From: a virus | Taxonomy: Duplodnaviria > Caudoviricetes | IMG/VR virus record: IMGVR_UViG_3300032265_000046 | Coordinates: 1 to 51,601 of that record | Length of the DNA: 51,601 nt | Direction: 5' to 3' (one strand) | Shown: one piece after another, positions 1 to 8,648 of the stretch | How positions within the stretch are numbered: position 1 is the stretch's first letter | Layout: each line of letters starts with the position of its first letter | Notes under the pieces: model-generated | What the model was told of the DNA's origin: nothing | The model's database searches: none | What the model saw: only the letters and a program-made list of their open reading frames with translations | Translations under genes and position numbers: made by a program

Positions 1-216
1 CATTCCCCAAGCCCGTGCGCTTCAATCCCTCTTCATACTGCTTGTCGCGGTTCTTTCGCGCTTCCTTGTCTTTCTCGATCAAGTCGATATAACGCATACC
101 AACCTTGTCTAGGTCGTACAGGTTTACCGCCTCTTCTGCAAGGTTTTCGTAGAATTCTGCGTCCTCCTCGGGGCCTTTGTCCTCGCCCAAGCGAACAATT
201 GCTGAACCATCTTCTA
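1..216. repeat. Left copy of 216-bp terminal overlap (circular/permuted genome)
   Basis: 1-216 aligns ungapped to 51386-51601 with 10 substitutions; it lies inside the portal gene. Confidence 0.95.
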
Positions 217-334
217 GTTCTTCAACGTCGTTTATCTCTTCGTCCAACTGTACGTCAGCACCGCCATCAGCGTTGTTTTTAATCCCGTTTATGAATCTAT
301 CAAACTCTGGATCATTGGGCATTTCAGTTGCCAT
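1..334 (-). CDS. Portal protein, N-terminal part (continues across the junction into 51385..49209)
   Basis: ATG at 334 with AAGGA SD 6 nt upstream; MATEMPNDPEF...AIVRLGEDKGP joins in frame to the 788-aa ORF, giving 836 aa. Confidence 0.85.
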   Translation of the reverse strand, partial: MATEMPNDPEFDRFINGIKNNADGGADVQLDEEINDVEELEDGSAIVRLGEDKGPEEDAEFYENLAEEAVNLYDLDKVGMRYIDLIEKDKEARKNRDKQYEEGLKRTGLGN

Positions 335-3300
335 ACATATTCCTTAAAAAATTATTTGAGTCTTCATAACTTAAAACTTGTCCACCCTTGGCGTAAAAAC
401 TATGCGGAATGATGTTCTCACCATCCGTTACGTCAGGCGTTGTGTCGCTCATATTGACCACACCTCCGCCAGCCATCTTGCGATGGTGATTGTTTAGGGC
501 ATCTAGCCATGACATTTGTTCCACAGAGCCTCCGTCTTTATGACCTTCTTTTTGAAGGTTGGTTAAATAGTCTTCGCTTACAAATTGCTTGGGCGTTGTT
601 GCCGTCAAGTCTTTGTGACCCATCGGTTGGGGATTGCCTGCCTTGTTCTTACGATTTGCATATTTAGCCACAAAGTCAGGCGCGGCAAACTCAACAGGGG
701 CTGGCTCAAACAACAAGCCAAGGTCAGTGCCAGTCACTTGATGTGGGAATGCCGCATTGAGATCAGGGCGATAGATGCCCGTGTCGCTATCAATAGTGAA
801 CAGGCGATTGCCTACAGCGTATGTAGGCGAGTTGGCTAACAATGGGTCAGTCTCTTCTCTAATAATCTTGAACGCTTCTTGCGTTGCCTTTTCGCCCCGC
901 TTCTCTCCGCCCATCGTCATAGCCTGCGCTAACACTTTGCGTTGGTCAAATGTCTTAGCCTTATCCAATACGGTTGGGTCGCTGACATCAATGCCTTCAG
1001 GAAATATTAATTTGCCAGACTTTGGGTGAACAGCACCGTTGACCTGCGCATTCATTTTGTCAATTAAGTCAGCAGAAGGGTTAGCCGCTCTATGCGCCTC
1101 ATACATACGCTCAACAGTCACTGGGTTACTCATGTGCTGAGTTGGTGAACCAACAAAGGTTGACCAAACAGTGTCTGGAGTATTGGCATTTATTAGGCGA
1201 GTGGCGTGGCTAGGTTTACCTACGCCCCAAGTCGTACCCGCTTTCTGGTGTGGTTTGCTAGTTAACTGCAAGCCAGAGAAACCTGTCCCACCTTTGTTGG
1301 GGCCGAACACTCGGGATCGATCAGCCTGCGTTAGGTTGAGAGTCATGCCTTCAGCGCCAGCATTACCCAAAGCCTCAGACATACGCATAATGTCTTTAGG
1401 ATTCATTGGATCAGCAAAGTCAACGCTTGGTACACCCAACCCGCGAGCGCGAAGTGCGGCTTCCTCTGCCTTGCTGAGTTTGGTTCCAGCCTTGCCTAGT
1501 TTGGCTAACGCGCTGAGTCCGCCAACCTGCATATGGATAGCGCCACCTTCTGCCATGCCTTCTGGTGGTGGCGGAAATCCATATTGCTCATGCATAAATT
1601 TAGGGTCTGCCTTGGACCTAGTTAAATTTAAGTAGTCGTATATAAGTTTTTCGTGTTCTGCGTCGGTTAAATATTCTGGAACATTCATGCCAGCATCGGC
1701 AAAACTTGCACGTTCAGGAACACTTTCAATATGTTTTAAACCAGTGTTTTGCAAATCACCAACTTCTGTATATTTACCGCTCTTTACAAAGTCTTGGATG
1801 TAAGGCAAATACTCTTTGTTTGGAGCGGCGTTCTGTTTACCTTTGATTTGAGTAATATATTGGGGCATATTGCCAATTTTTTCTTTATAAATGTCATCAA
1901 TGTGTTTATATAAATCGTTTGATGCCTGTGCTCTTTGTTCGCTGTTTGCGTTTTGAACCCACTCTTTTTGATTTTCTGGAGTGATGCCCATTCTTCGCTT
2001 TGCCTCAACCATTGCTTCACTGTAGTCAAGCCCAGCCTTTTTAAAATTTTGTGGCGTTGCTAAATTAGTTTGATTGACTTCTATCGTTGCGTGCGACATT
2101 CCTTTTGGATCACGCAAAGAATAAATCTTAGCGGCTCCAGACTTGATTGCTTCATATCCACCATGACCGTAGTCGTTATAACCAGAGTTGCCAGAGATGT
2201 CTGTCCAATCAGGGTGACCTTGTGGGGGTTCGTATCCACGAACAGAATGACCCATGATGTCAGACTCCAGCGCAAACTGCCCCGGCTGGTCTAACTGCAC
2301 CCACTTGTATCCTTCAGGATATTCTTTGTGAACCTTAGCGCTTGTCTGCTCTGCAACTCTAGCATTGAGCATCTTTTGCTTGAGTTCCTCGTCATACTGA
2401 TGAGTGCGACGTACCGCGTCTTCCATACTCACCTTATTGAGTTGCTCAGGGCGGATGCGACCTGCGGCTACGTCTTCACGCAACACATCCATGATGTGGT
2501 CAAAACCCATCTTGCTAAAGTCAGCATCTGTATTCAGGGAATAGATGTTTGTCTCTGGGTCTAATTTATTTACCCACGGCATATCTGCTGTGTTTCCAAC
2601 TGGTCTCTGCATACTTGGTAAAGCCTGTATGCGTTGATAGTGTTTAGCCGCAATTGGGCTGATTGCTTGGTCAGCCAAAAACTCATAATGCTTTGCCAAA
2701 GGGTTTTGGGCTACGCCCTTAACAGGCGAACCAAATTCTTCTCGTCTTCCTTTGACATCAAAGTTGGGAAATGTATGCAACTCCAAGTCACCATATTCAT
2801 CCACGTTTTTAGGGAAAGCGGTGATGCCCTCCTCAGCCAACTTGCGCACTGGGTCAGCCTCAGTACCCATTTGCTTAGTGATGTAGTTGCTAAGGTTCGA
2901 TTTAACCCATTTGTTGGTGGCTTCGTTACCAATTGCATTTTGCAAATCTCTGGTAAATCCTGCTACTTGGGGCGCGTCTCCTCTTGCAACTGCATCCTCA
3001 AGCATTTCCTTGATGTATTGACTATTAGGATTGTGTTTACCCTTTTGAAGATTTTCTAACTCGCGGTCAAGTTGTGTTCTGTACACGATGCGGTCAGTAG
3101 ATGGCAACCAATTGCCATCAGTCGGTTTGACAATGTGCATTACTGGTGGGTTGGCAAGGGATGCAGGCACGCCGGGGATTAGGGACTGACCCGTTGCAAT
3201 CCTATGTCCAGCAGTCTCTGCCAACTCTTTACCTAAAGTTTTAGCACCTTTATAAGCAGAGCCAAGCGCATGAAAGCCCGAGCCGGGGCCAGTGTAGAAC

Positions 3301-4412
3301 GAGCCACCCAACTGTCCCAACCCAGTAGCCGCACGACTCACTGGCGTATCCGACTTAAATGGCAGGCGCTTCTCAATCTCTTCGCTGGTCGGCAGGATAG
3401 TCTTCTCATCTAGATACGGCAACATACGAATGAGGGACTCTAGGTCACCCAACTGTCCTAGCGCTCCAGCCACAAACCCTCTTGCCGCATCGACAGGCAC
3501 ATTCTTTGAAGCCTCGCGGTCTTGGTGCGCACGCCTTGGCTTCATCTGTGGCATCACGCCAAACGCCGCTCCACCATCTGCAAATCTTGAGAGTCCGCCT
3601 TGGATTGAACCGCCGTCGGCATATATGTCTGGCAAATCAACTCGCGGACGTTTGATATCTTCTTGCCTGAGATTATCAAAATAGACTTGTGGTCTGACTT
3701 TGTTATTGGTCATCTCAAGTTCTTGTTTGAGAGCCTCTATATATTCTTCTTGCGTACGTCTAGGTAAGGGTTCACGCAACTCACGCCTTGGCAACAATTG
3801 CACAAGATTGCTTTGCTCTCCCATATTCGCTATGGCGCGGTTTCTATGCCGACCTTCATGCCCAGTGATAAACGGAACCAGTGGCAATCCCTGTTCTTCC
3901 TTATTGATAAGCAAATATGGAACGTCAGCAAATCCGCCTTTTACATTTGATAGGCTATCAATGTACTCAGACAACGTCATGTCTTTCATTGAGTCATCAA
4001 GGAACTGGCTTCCATATCCGCGATGCGCCTGCGGACTACTCATGTAGTCTGGAATAGGCGTTGCATACTTTTCAAAGTCTTGCGGTTTTATTGTCATCAT
4101 TGCGGCGGCATTGTCTCCAGTAAACGCATCCGCTAACGCATCGTGGGTGTACATCCTCTCAAGGTTCGGTATCTCATCAGCCGCACGCTCGACACGCCTT
4201 GCGCCGTAGTTGCCCTTTATGTTGCGCACCGCTTCTCTGACGTTGTTCAGTTTACCGGGGACAACAATGCCCGGGGCTGGCAAATTGATACGCGCAGTTG
4301 GCATCATGTCAATGCGCATTTGCTTTTCCGCTTGCGATGCCAGCGCTTTTTGCCAAGACGACTCGTTTGAGAGACTGGTCAATCCTTTAGCAAGTTTGGA
4401 GTAGTTAGGCAT
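324..4412 (-). CDS. Large multi-module (polyvalent-type) protein with ParB/Srx-like and PcfJ-like segments
   Basis: 1362 aa; TGHEGRHR resembles the ParB/Srx G-x-H-R motif; ESDIMGHSVRGY...IYSLRD..G.SHATIE...QIKGKQNAAP resembles PcfJ-like domains; modules are bounded by xAxGG motifs. Confidence 0.6.
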   Translation of the reverse strand: MPNYSKLAKGLTSLSNESSWQKALASQAEKQMRIDMMPTARINLPAPGIVVPGKLNNVREAVRNIKGNYGARRVERAADEIPNLERMYTHDALADAFTGDNAAAMMTIKPQDFEKYATPIPDYMSSPQAHRGYGSQFLDDSMKDMTLSEYIDSLSNVKGGFADVPYLLINKEEQGLPLVPFITGHEGRHRNRAIANMGEQSNLVQLLPRRELREPLPRRTQEEYIEALKQELEMTNNKVRPQVYFDNLRQEDIKRPRVDLPDIYADGGSIQGGLSRFADGGAAFGVMPQMKPRRAHQDREASKNVPVDAARGFVAGALGQLGDLESLIRMLPYLDEKTILPTSEEIEKRLPFKSDTPVSRAATGLGQLGGSFYTGPGSGFHALGSAYKGAKTLGKELAETAGHRIATGQSLIPGVPASLANPPVMHIVKPTDGNWLPSTDRIVYRTQLDRELENLQKGKHNPNSQYIKEMLEDAVARGDAPQVAGFTRDLQNAIGNEATNKWVKSNLSNYITKQMGTEADPVRKLAEEGITAFPKNVDEYGDLELHTFPNFDVKGRREEFGSPVKGVAQNPLAKHYEFLADQAISPIAAKHYQRIQALPSMQRPVGNTADMPWVNKLDPETNIYSLNTDADFSKMGFDHIMDVLREDVAAGRIRPEQLNKVSMEDAVRRTHQYDEELKQKMLNARVAEQTSAKVHKEYPEGYKWVQLDQPGQFALESDIMGHSVRGYEPPQGHPDWTDISGNSGYNDYGHGGYEAIKSGAAKIYSLRDPKGMSHATIEVNQTNLATPQNFKKAGLDYSEAMVEAKRRMGITPENQKEWVQNANSEQRAQASNDLYKHIDDIYKEKIGNMPQYITQIKGKQNAAPNKEYLPYIQDFVKSGKYTEVGDLQNTGLKHIESVPERASFADAGMNVPEYLTDAEHEKLIYDYLNLTRSKADPKFMHEQYGFPPPPEGMAEGGAIHMQVGGLSALAKLGKAGTKLSKAEEAALRARGLGVPSVDFADPMNPKDIMRMSEALGNAGAEGMTLNLTQADRSRVFGPNKGGTGFSGLQLTSKPHQKAGTTWGVGKPSHATRLINANTPDTVWSTFVGSPTQHMSNPVTVERMYEAHRAANPSADLIDKMNAQVNGAVHPKSGKLIFPEGIDVSDPTVLDKAKTFDQRKVLAQAMTMGGEKRGEKATQEAFKIIREETDPLLANSPTYAVGNRLFTIDSDTGIYRPDLNAAFPHQVTGTDLGLLFEPAPVEFAAPDFVAKYANRKNKAGNPQPMGHKDLTATTPKQFVSEDYLTNLQKEGHKDGGSVEQMSWLDALNNHHRKMAGGGVVNMSDTTPDVTDGENIIPHSFYAKGGQVLSYEDSNNFLRNMYGN

Positions 4413-4414
4413 AG

Positions 4415-5833
4415 TTACACCGCATATGGGTTGACCCGCGCAGGTTGGGCATCGAAGTAATCGTCGTCGTCGTCATCATACCGAGGTTCAGGGTCAATGT
4501 CGAGCCAGCCCATGTCTTTTAACCAACGCATCGCCTGAGTCGCTGAGTCCACATAGTCATCATGCTGTGAGTCAGGGAAGGCGCATATCTGGGACAGGAA
4601 CCCTTCAGCCCAATCCTTCACATAGCCCTTATGCACCTCGGACTCTGGGAGCCAGACACGCTTGGCAACAAAGATAGCCGCAGTAATCTGTAGGCGTTGC
4701 ATCTTGTCAGCCCGACCGGGGTTATATCCCCGCACCATCAAGTGCGCCTTCTGCAACTCTTGAATCAGAGACAGACCCGCCGCCTTCTCCTCCACCAGTA
4801 TCAGGTCAGGGCGCTTGGCATCTCTGCCTTCACCGTAAGACACTCGCCACTCGTCCTGCGCCCGCTCCTTGAGTTTAGGGAAGGTGAGGTGTTCTGCCCA
4901 GCAGTCAATCAGGAGCACGGACATCGGGCCGTCCTGTGGCTTGAACACTCCCCACGTTGTCATCGCCGTCGGGTCGTTGTAAGACTTGTCGGTGTAGGCG
5001 CAGTCATAGGACTGGATGATGTACTCGAACTTAGGGAAGGGCTTACCAGCAGGCCACATCTTGAACATATCCCTGCTCACCACCTTGCCGTCTTCGAGGT
5101 CTACCACCTCGCCGAGCACCTCCTGCTGATACAACTTCGTACCCTTGTACTGCTCAAGTTGCTTGCTGAAGGTAGCCGCTAAGTTGGCTTTGTTCTCGTA
5201 GGTGCTGGCGCGATCAATGATTACGTCGTCACCCTCACGGCTTATCAGGTCAAGGATTAAATCCTTTGGGCGCGGTGTCGTGGTCACAATCACACGAGGT
5301 TGGTCGCCCAGACGCAAACCCATCATCATCATGTCCCACGCCTCACCAGCGCCGAGGTATTGGAATGCCGCCAACTCGTCCGCCCAGCACCAATGGAACT
5401 GCGGGCCGCGTAGTCGCTCATAGGAGTCAGCGCTAATGCCACGAATGCTCGATCCATTGGACAACGTAATCTCGTGGTCTTGTTTGTTGTACTTAGCCAC
5501 CAATTCAGGAGGGATGTTAGCGAGCAGTCCTGACTTGCCCTCGAAGCAGGTGAACTTGATGTCGTTAGATGTTGGAGCCAACACCAGCCCACGGGAGCCG
5601 GGGTGCGTCCAACACCACCACCAAAGCGCATGGCTACCAGCATGGGACTTGCCCGCGCCCCTGCCTGCAATCAAAGCCCACACCGTCCAATCCAACTCCA
5701 ACGGCGGAGGTATCTGGTACTTGTGGGCGCTCGCCACCCACTCAAGGTGAGCGATTAACGCAATGCGGTCGTGCTCTGGCTTGGCGTTGAACTCCGCCTG
5801 AACTTCTGGGTCTTCGAGTAGTTCTGTTAACAC
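4415..5833 (-). CDS. terL: Terminase large subunit
   Basis: Walker A AGRGAGKS, Walker B WCWADE, VTTTP motif III, RNase H-like nuclease (SYDCA...HDDYVDS). Confidence 0.95.
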   Translation of the reverse strand: MLTELLEDPEVQAEFNAKPEHDRIALIAHLEWVASAHKYQIPPPLELDWTVWALIAGRGAGKSHAGSHALWWWCWTHPGSRGLVLAPTSNDIKFTCFEGKSGLLANIPPELVAKYNKQDHEITLSNGSSIRGISADSYERLRGPQFHWCWADELAAFQYLGAGEAWDMMMMGLRLGDQPRVIVTTTPRPKDLILDLISREGDDVIIDRASTYENKANLAATFSKQLEQYKGTKLYQQEVLGEVVDLEDGKVVSRDMFKMWPAGKPFPKFEYIIQSYDCAYTDKSYNDPTAMTTWGVFKPQDGPMSVLLIDCWAEHLTFPKLKERAQDEWRVSYGEGRDAKRPDLILVEEKAAGLSLIQELQKAHLMVRGYNPGRADKMQRLQITAAIFVAKRVWLPESEVHKGYVKDWAEGFLSQICAFPDSQHDDYVDSATQAMRWLKDMGWLDIDPEPRYDDDDDDYFDAQPARVNPYAV

Positions 5834-5909
5834 AAGTATTACCTAGAACCCAAACAAGGGATAAAACCCCGTGTTTTTCGACACCAAGCAGAAGTATTTG
5901 TAATACTTT

Positions 5910-6494
5910 TTAGCCAGCACGTTTAGTCATCTCGATGTTTTTAACGATCTCTGTAAACCTGTCTATGCTTTTGTTTTCAGTGGCGATAGGCGCTCCACCC
6001 ACTACGCCCTCAACAGCAAAGCGGTCGCCGTACTTGCGTGGCTTGAGTTTCGCCGCCGTCCACTTGCGTGCCTCTATGCGACTCCTCTGCCAGTTGATGT
6101 AGGTTGCGTCCAGCGTAGTGCGACCGTCTTTGTCGGTGTACTCAGGAGGGTGCTCATCAGCGATCTGGAGGATTTCGTCAGCGTTAGTGTCAGCCTGATC
6201 CTCTCGTGCGCGTGCGTACATATCGCAGAAGATTGGGAAGCGAGCCAACCAACGATAGATTGTTGCGACGTGCGGTAGGTGGTCGTCCTTGCACATTTGC
6301 ACTAATGGCTCACCGTGAGTGAGTCTCCAGCATATCTCGTCTGCTATAGCGTCTGTGAACTCTACTGGTCTACCAATGGGGACTTGTTTTGCGGGGTCTG
6401 GAGCCTTTGCGGGCGCGGTAGCACCCTTTGCCTGTGTCTTAGGCTTTAATGGCTTAACGGGGCGTTTTGTCCCCTTCTTGGCGGTTTCTGGCAT
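5910..6494 (-). CDS. terS: Terminase small subunit
   Basis: GRP.EFT..IADEIC..L..GE.L...C....P...TIYRWL HTH and ARKW.AAKL.PRKYGD; directly upstream of terL; start moved to ATG 6494 (AAGGGA SD). Confidence 0.85.
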   Translation of the reverse strand: MPETAKKGTKRPVKPLKPKTQAKGATAPAKAPDPAKQVPIGRPVEFTDAIADEICWRLTHGEPLVQMCKDDHLPHVATIYRWLARFPIFCDMYARAREDQADTNADEILQIADEHPPEYTDKDGRTTLDATYINWQRSRIEARKWTAAKLKPRKYGDRFAVEGVVGGAPIATENKSIDRFTEIVKNIEMTKRAG

Positions 6495-6529
6495 GACCCG
6501 TATTCCCTTCGGTTTGATTGATTGTCGCC

Positions 6530-6559
6530 AGTGTATCAAACCTTTATGGTTTTCGCCAA
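6530..6559 (-). promoter_or_regulatory. Putative sigma70-type promoter for terS/late genes
   Basis: TTGGCG-18 bp-TACACT with extended -10 TG; the same TGATACACT occurs at 14299-14307. Confidence 0.4.
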
Positions 6560-6816
6560 TAGGTTGTTGGTGGATGTTTGGGTTTCAGGCTTACAACACA
6601 AGTCCCGCACATGGCAGTTCCCCGTTACATCGGGTGGCCTTACCTCCACCAACACGGCTGGGGACTGTTACCGATCTTTCACGGAGCCGTAAACAGCATT
6701 TACAACAGTCCTCATGCGTGATGGCTCCGAGTCGCCCTCCCTCGGATGCTTTGTCCCGAATTCCACGGGCTTGGCCTACTTCACCTATATAAAGATTACA
6801 GACCTCCGAAAACCAT
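6546..6816 (-). ncRNA. Candidate multibranched structured RNA (strand inferred from flanking genes)
   Basis: Nested inverted repeats: 6546-55/6807-16 (10 bp), 6559-64/6783-88, 6565-74/6645-54 (10 bp), 6659-69/6704-14, 6726-31/6741-46, 6755-58/6766-69. Confidence 0.6.
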
Positions 6817-6826
6817 TGTGAAACCA

Positions 6827-7045
6827 TTAAGGTTTCTTAACTCCTTCACACAAGTCCCCGACGTAGGCTTTTGGCTTTTGCTGAACACATTCCTGCTCAG
6901 TCAAATTAAAGTCTGGAACCCACGCCAAAAGAAACACAACCAACAAAACCATTATAGCAATTCCAACCTTTTCAAACAAGGTTTCTTCTGGTATTTGCTG
7001 GCTCGGGAGATGACTCATCATCTCGTCTATTTCCTGCTTGTTCAT
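6827..7045 (-). CDS. Small membrane hypothetical protein
   Basis: 72 aa, one hydrophobic helix, ATGA overlap with the upstream gene. Confidence 0.7.
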   Translation of the reverse strand: MNKQEIDEMMSHLPSQQIPEETLFEKVGIAIMVLLVVFLLAWVPDFNLTEQECVQQKPKAYVGDLCEGVKKP

Positions 7046-7245
7046 GCCTCTTCCTCCTCTGGTACTGGGACGTTATCAACGACGCACTGCAATGCGTGAA
7101 TCATCTGACGTGCCTGCTCAAAAGTCAAGGTGACGTGAGCACCACCACCCTTTACATGAATAGACAACCAGACCTCGTCGTCGTGCTTATCAGTAAATAC
7201 CACCTCACCTCTTTCGGTGGTTTCAATTCTGGTTTGGAAATTCAT
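7042..7245 (-). CDS. Hypothetical protein
   Basis: 67 aa, AAGGA SD, packed in operon. Confidence 0.7.
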   Translation of the reverse strand: MNFQTRIETTERGEVVFTDKHDDEVWLSIHVKGGGAHVTLTFEQARQMIHALQCVVDNVPVPEEEEA

Positions 7246-7246
7246 T

Positions 7247-7462
7247 TCAATATCCTTTCACTGAACGCGGAAGGTTTTCAAACCAATCATCGTGATGGTC
7301 TTGCCATGCGTTTTCAGCATCACTACGGTTAGGAAAATTTATTTCCTCAACTTGAGTTTGGGTATGGTAGAAACCAAAACCATTAGCATTCTCAAATATC
7401 TCACCCAAAACTTTGCCGTAAATGGATTTGATTTCATTAATTACTGTTGCATTCGATTTCAT
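7247..7462 (-). CDS. Hypothetical protein
   Basis: 71 aa, GAAGGA SD within the shared leader motif. Confidence 0.7.
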   Translation of the reverse strand: MKSNATVINEIKSIYGKVLGEIFENANGFGFYHTQTQVEEINFPNRSDAENAWQDHHDDWFENLPRSVKGY

Positions 7463-7485
7463 TTCACTATTCCTTCGCTGTTAGT

Positions 7486-7501
7486 GGGGGGCGAACCCCC
7501 C
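7486..7501 (-). other. GC hairpin (G6-UUCG-C6) without U tract
   Basis: Perfect 6-bp stem between two early genes. Confidence 0.5.
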
Positions 7502-7507
7502 GTTGGT

Positions 7508-7777
7508 TTACGCCAGTTGCGCCCTTACTTCTTTGATGTCTTCACCCGAAGCCAGCCTGCCGTTGGCGGCAATGCTGTATTCGATCTGCTCAATTGTTGG
7601 CTTGTAGCAGTCACCGTAATCAGTCCACTGACCACACTGACGGTCACCTTCAAACCAAATAAGGTAGATGTTGAAACCACTTATTTCCGCTATCGTGTAC
7701 ACCTGAGCGTCTTTGTGTTCACCACGGACAATCAGTTGACCAACACGGAGTTGTTTAAGAGTAAGACGTTTTGCCAT
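7508..7777 (-). CDS. Hypothetical early protein
   Basis: ATG 7777 preceded by the cassette SD; 89 aa. Confidence 0.75.
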   Translation of the reverse strand: MAKRLTLKQLRVGQLIVRGEHKDAQVYTIAEISGFNIYLIWFEGDRQCGQWTDYGDCYKPTIEQIEYSIAANGRLASGEDIKEVRAQLA

Positions 7778-7896
7778 ATTCACTTTCCTTCACTGTTACT
7801 GACTATGCGGTATTGCTGTGTCAGTGATACTAGTATAACACCAACTTAAACGATGTCAACAACTTTATCAATTTATTTTCTAGGTACTTTCCCTAG
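7778..7896 (-). promoter_or_regulatory. Promoter-leader cassette copy 1
   Basis: TAGGGAAAGTACCTAG box; TTGACA (7854-59)-16 bp-TATACT (7832-37); ACTGAC/GTCAGT hairpin; ACAGTGAAGGAAAGTGAATATG. Confidence 0.85.
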
Positions 7897-7900
7897 TATT

Positions 7901-7926
7901 GGGAGAGGGGCTTTCGCCCCCCCTGC
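7901..7926 (-). terminator. GC-rich GAAA-loop hairpin after gene stop (possible terminator or stabiliser)
   Basis: GGGGC-GAAA-GCCCC immediately after the stop at 7928; no clear U tract. Confidence 0.4.
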
Positions 7927-7927
7927 T

Positions 7928-8542
7928 TTAGACCTTCTCCATCTTTCTCCAAGCGGTGGAGCCAATCCAACTCTTCCAAACTTTCTCTTCTCTCTGGGCT
8001 TTGAAGTAAACCCGTGCGCCGTCTAATTGGGTGGCTACATAGATTGCATCGTGTGCGGTTCTTTTCTCGCCAATTTCGATTTGTACTGGGGCTGTCTTGG
8101 TAACTGTGACCAAAGGCTTGCCGTGGTACTCGTCAGCGATTTCACCAAGTGTTTTGATAAATGATTCGCCGGCACGCGCCTTCATTTTTAATTCCCACTC
8201 TAATTGTTGACGGGCTTGGCGCTGGTCATAGGAGTTTGCTTCGACGTAAGGAATAGTGACTCTTTTGCTGTGGCGACCAGTAATCACAAACTGTGGCAAT
8301 AACTTGCCCATGATTACCTGCTCTGCCTGTTTCAACAACTCTGGAATCTCCGCCTTGATGTCAGCAATGATTTTGTCAGTCTCTGCGCGGCTTACTTGGA
8401 TCGGGGCGTGGCGCTCGCCAGAACACACACCGTTGAACCAACCGTGCTCTACGGTGTAACCATGTTTTGCCATCATTCCGTTTTTGACAGCCTGCTGGCG
8501 ACCGCAACACTGGCAATTACCTCTGATTTGATTTGTTTCCAT
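7928..8542 (-). CDS. Hypothetical early protein with N-terminal Cys/His (Zn-binding-like) motif
   Basis: CQCCGR...KHGY...GVCSG; ATG 8542 with cassette SD. Confidence 0.75.
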   Translation of the reverse strand: METNQIRGNCQCCGRQQAVKNGMMAKHGYTVEHGWFNGVCSGERHAPIQVSRAETDKIIADIKAEIPELLKQAEQVIMGKLLPQFVITGRHSKRVTIPYVEANSYDQRQARQQLEWELKMKARAGESFIKTLGEIADEYHGKPLVTVTKTAPVQIEIGEKRTAHDAIYVATQLDGARVYFKAQREEKVWKSWIGSTAWRKMEKV

Positions 8543-8648
8543 ATTCACTGTTCCTTCACTGTTTACAACTGCACTATTGCTGTTGTTGGTTTAAGTATAT
8601 CTTAAACGAACAGCCTGTCAACAATTATTTTCTAGGTAGTTTCCCTAA
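8543..8648 (-). promoter_or_regulatory. Promoter-leader cassette copy 2
   Basis: TAGGGAAACTACCTAG box; TTGACA (8616-21)-16 bp-TATACT (8594-99); GTTTAAG-N5-CTTAAAC palindrome; ACAGTGAAGGAACAGTGAATATG. Confidence 0.85.

Noticed and set aside
5858-5869. GGGATAAAACCC also present, inverted, in the capsid terminator loop (45336-45347)
   Set aside because: Only 12 nt, two copies in opposite transcriptional orientation; cannot be distinguished from chance.
6546-6816. tRNA genes, or the 6591..6827 and 6319..6792 ORFs
   Set aside because: No T-loop/D-loop consensus or cloverleaf. The ORFs lack a clear SD and recognisable protein features, while base-pairing explains the region.
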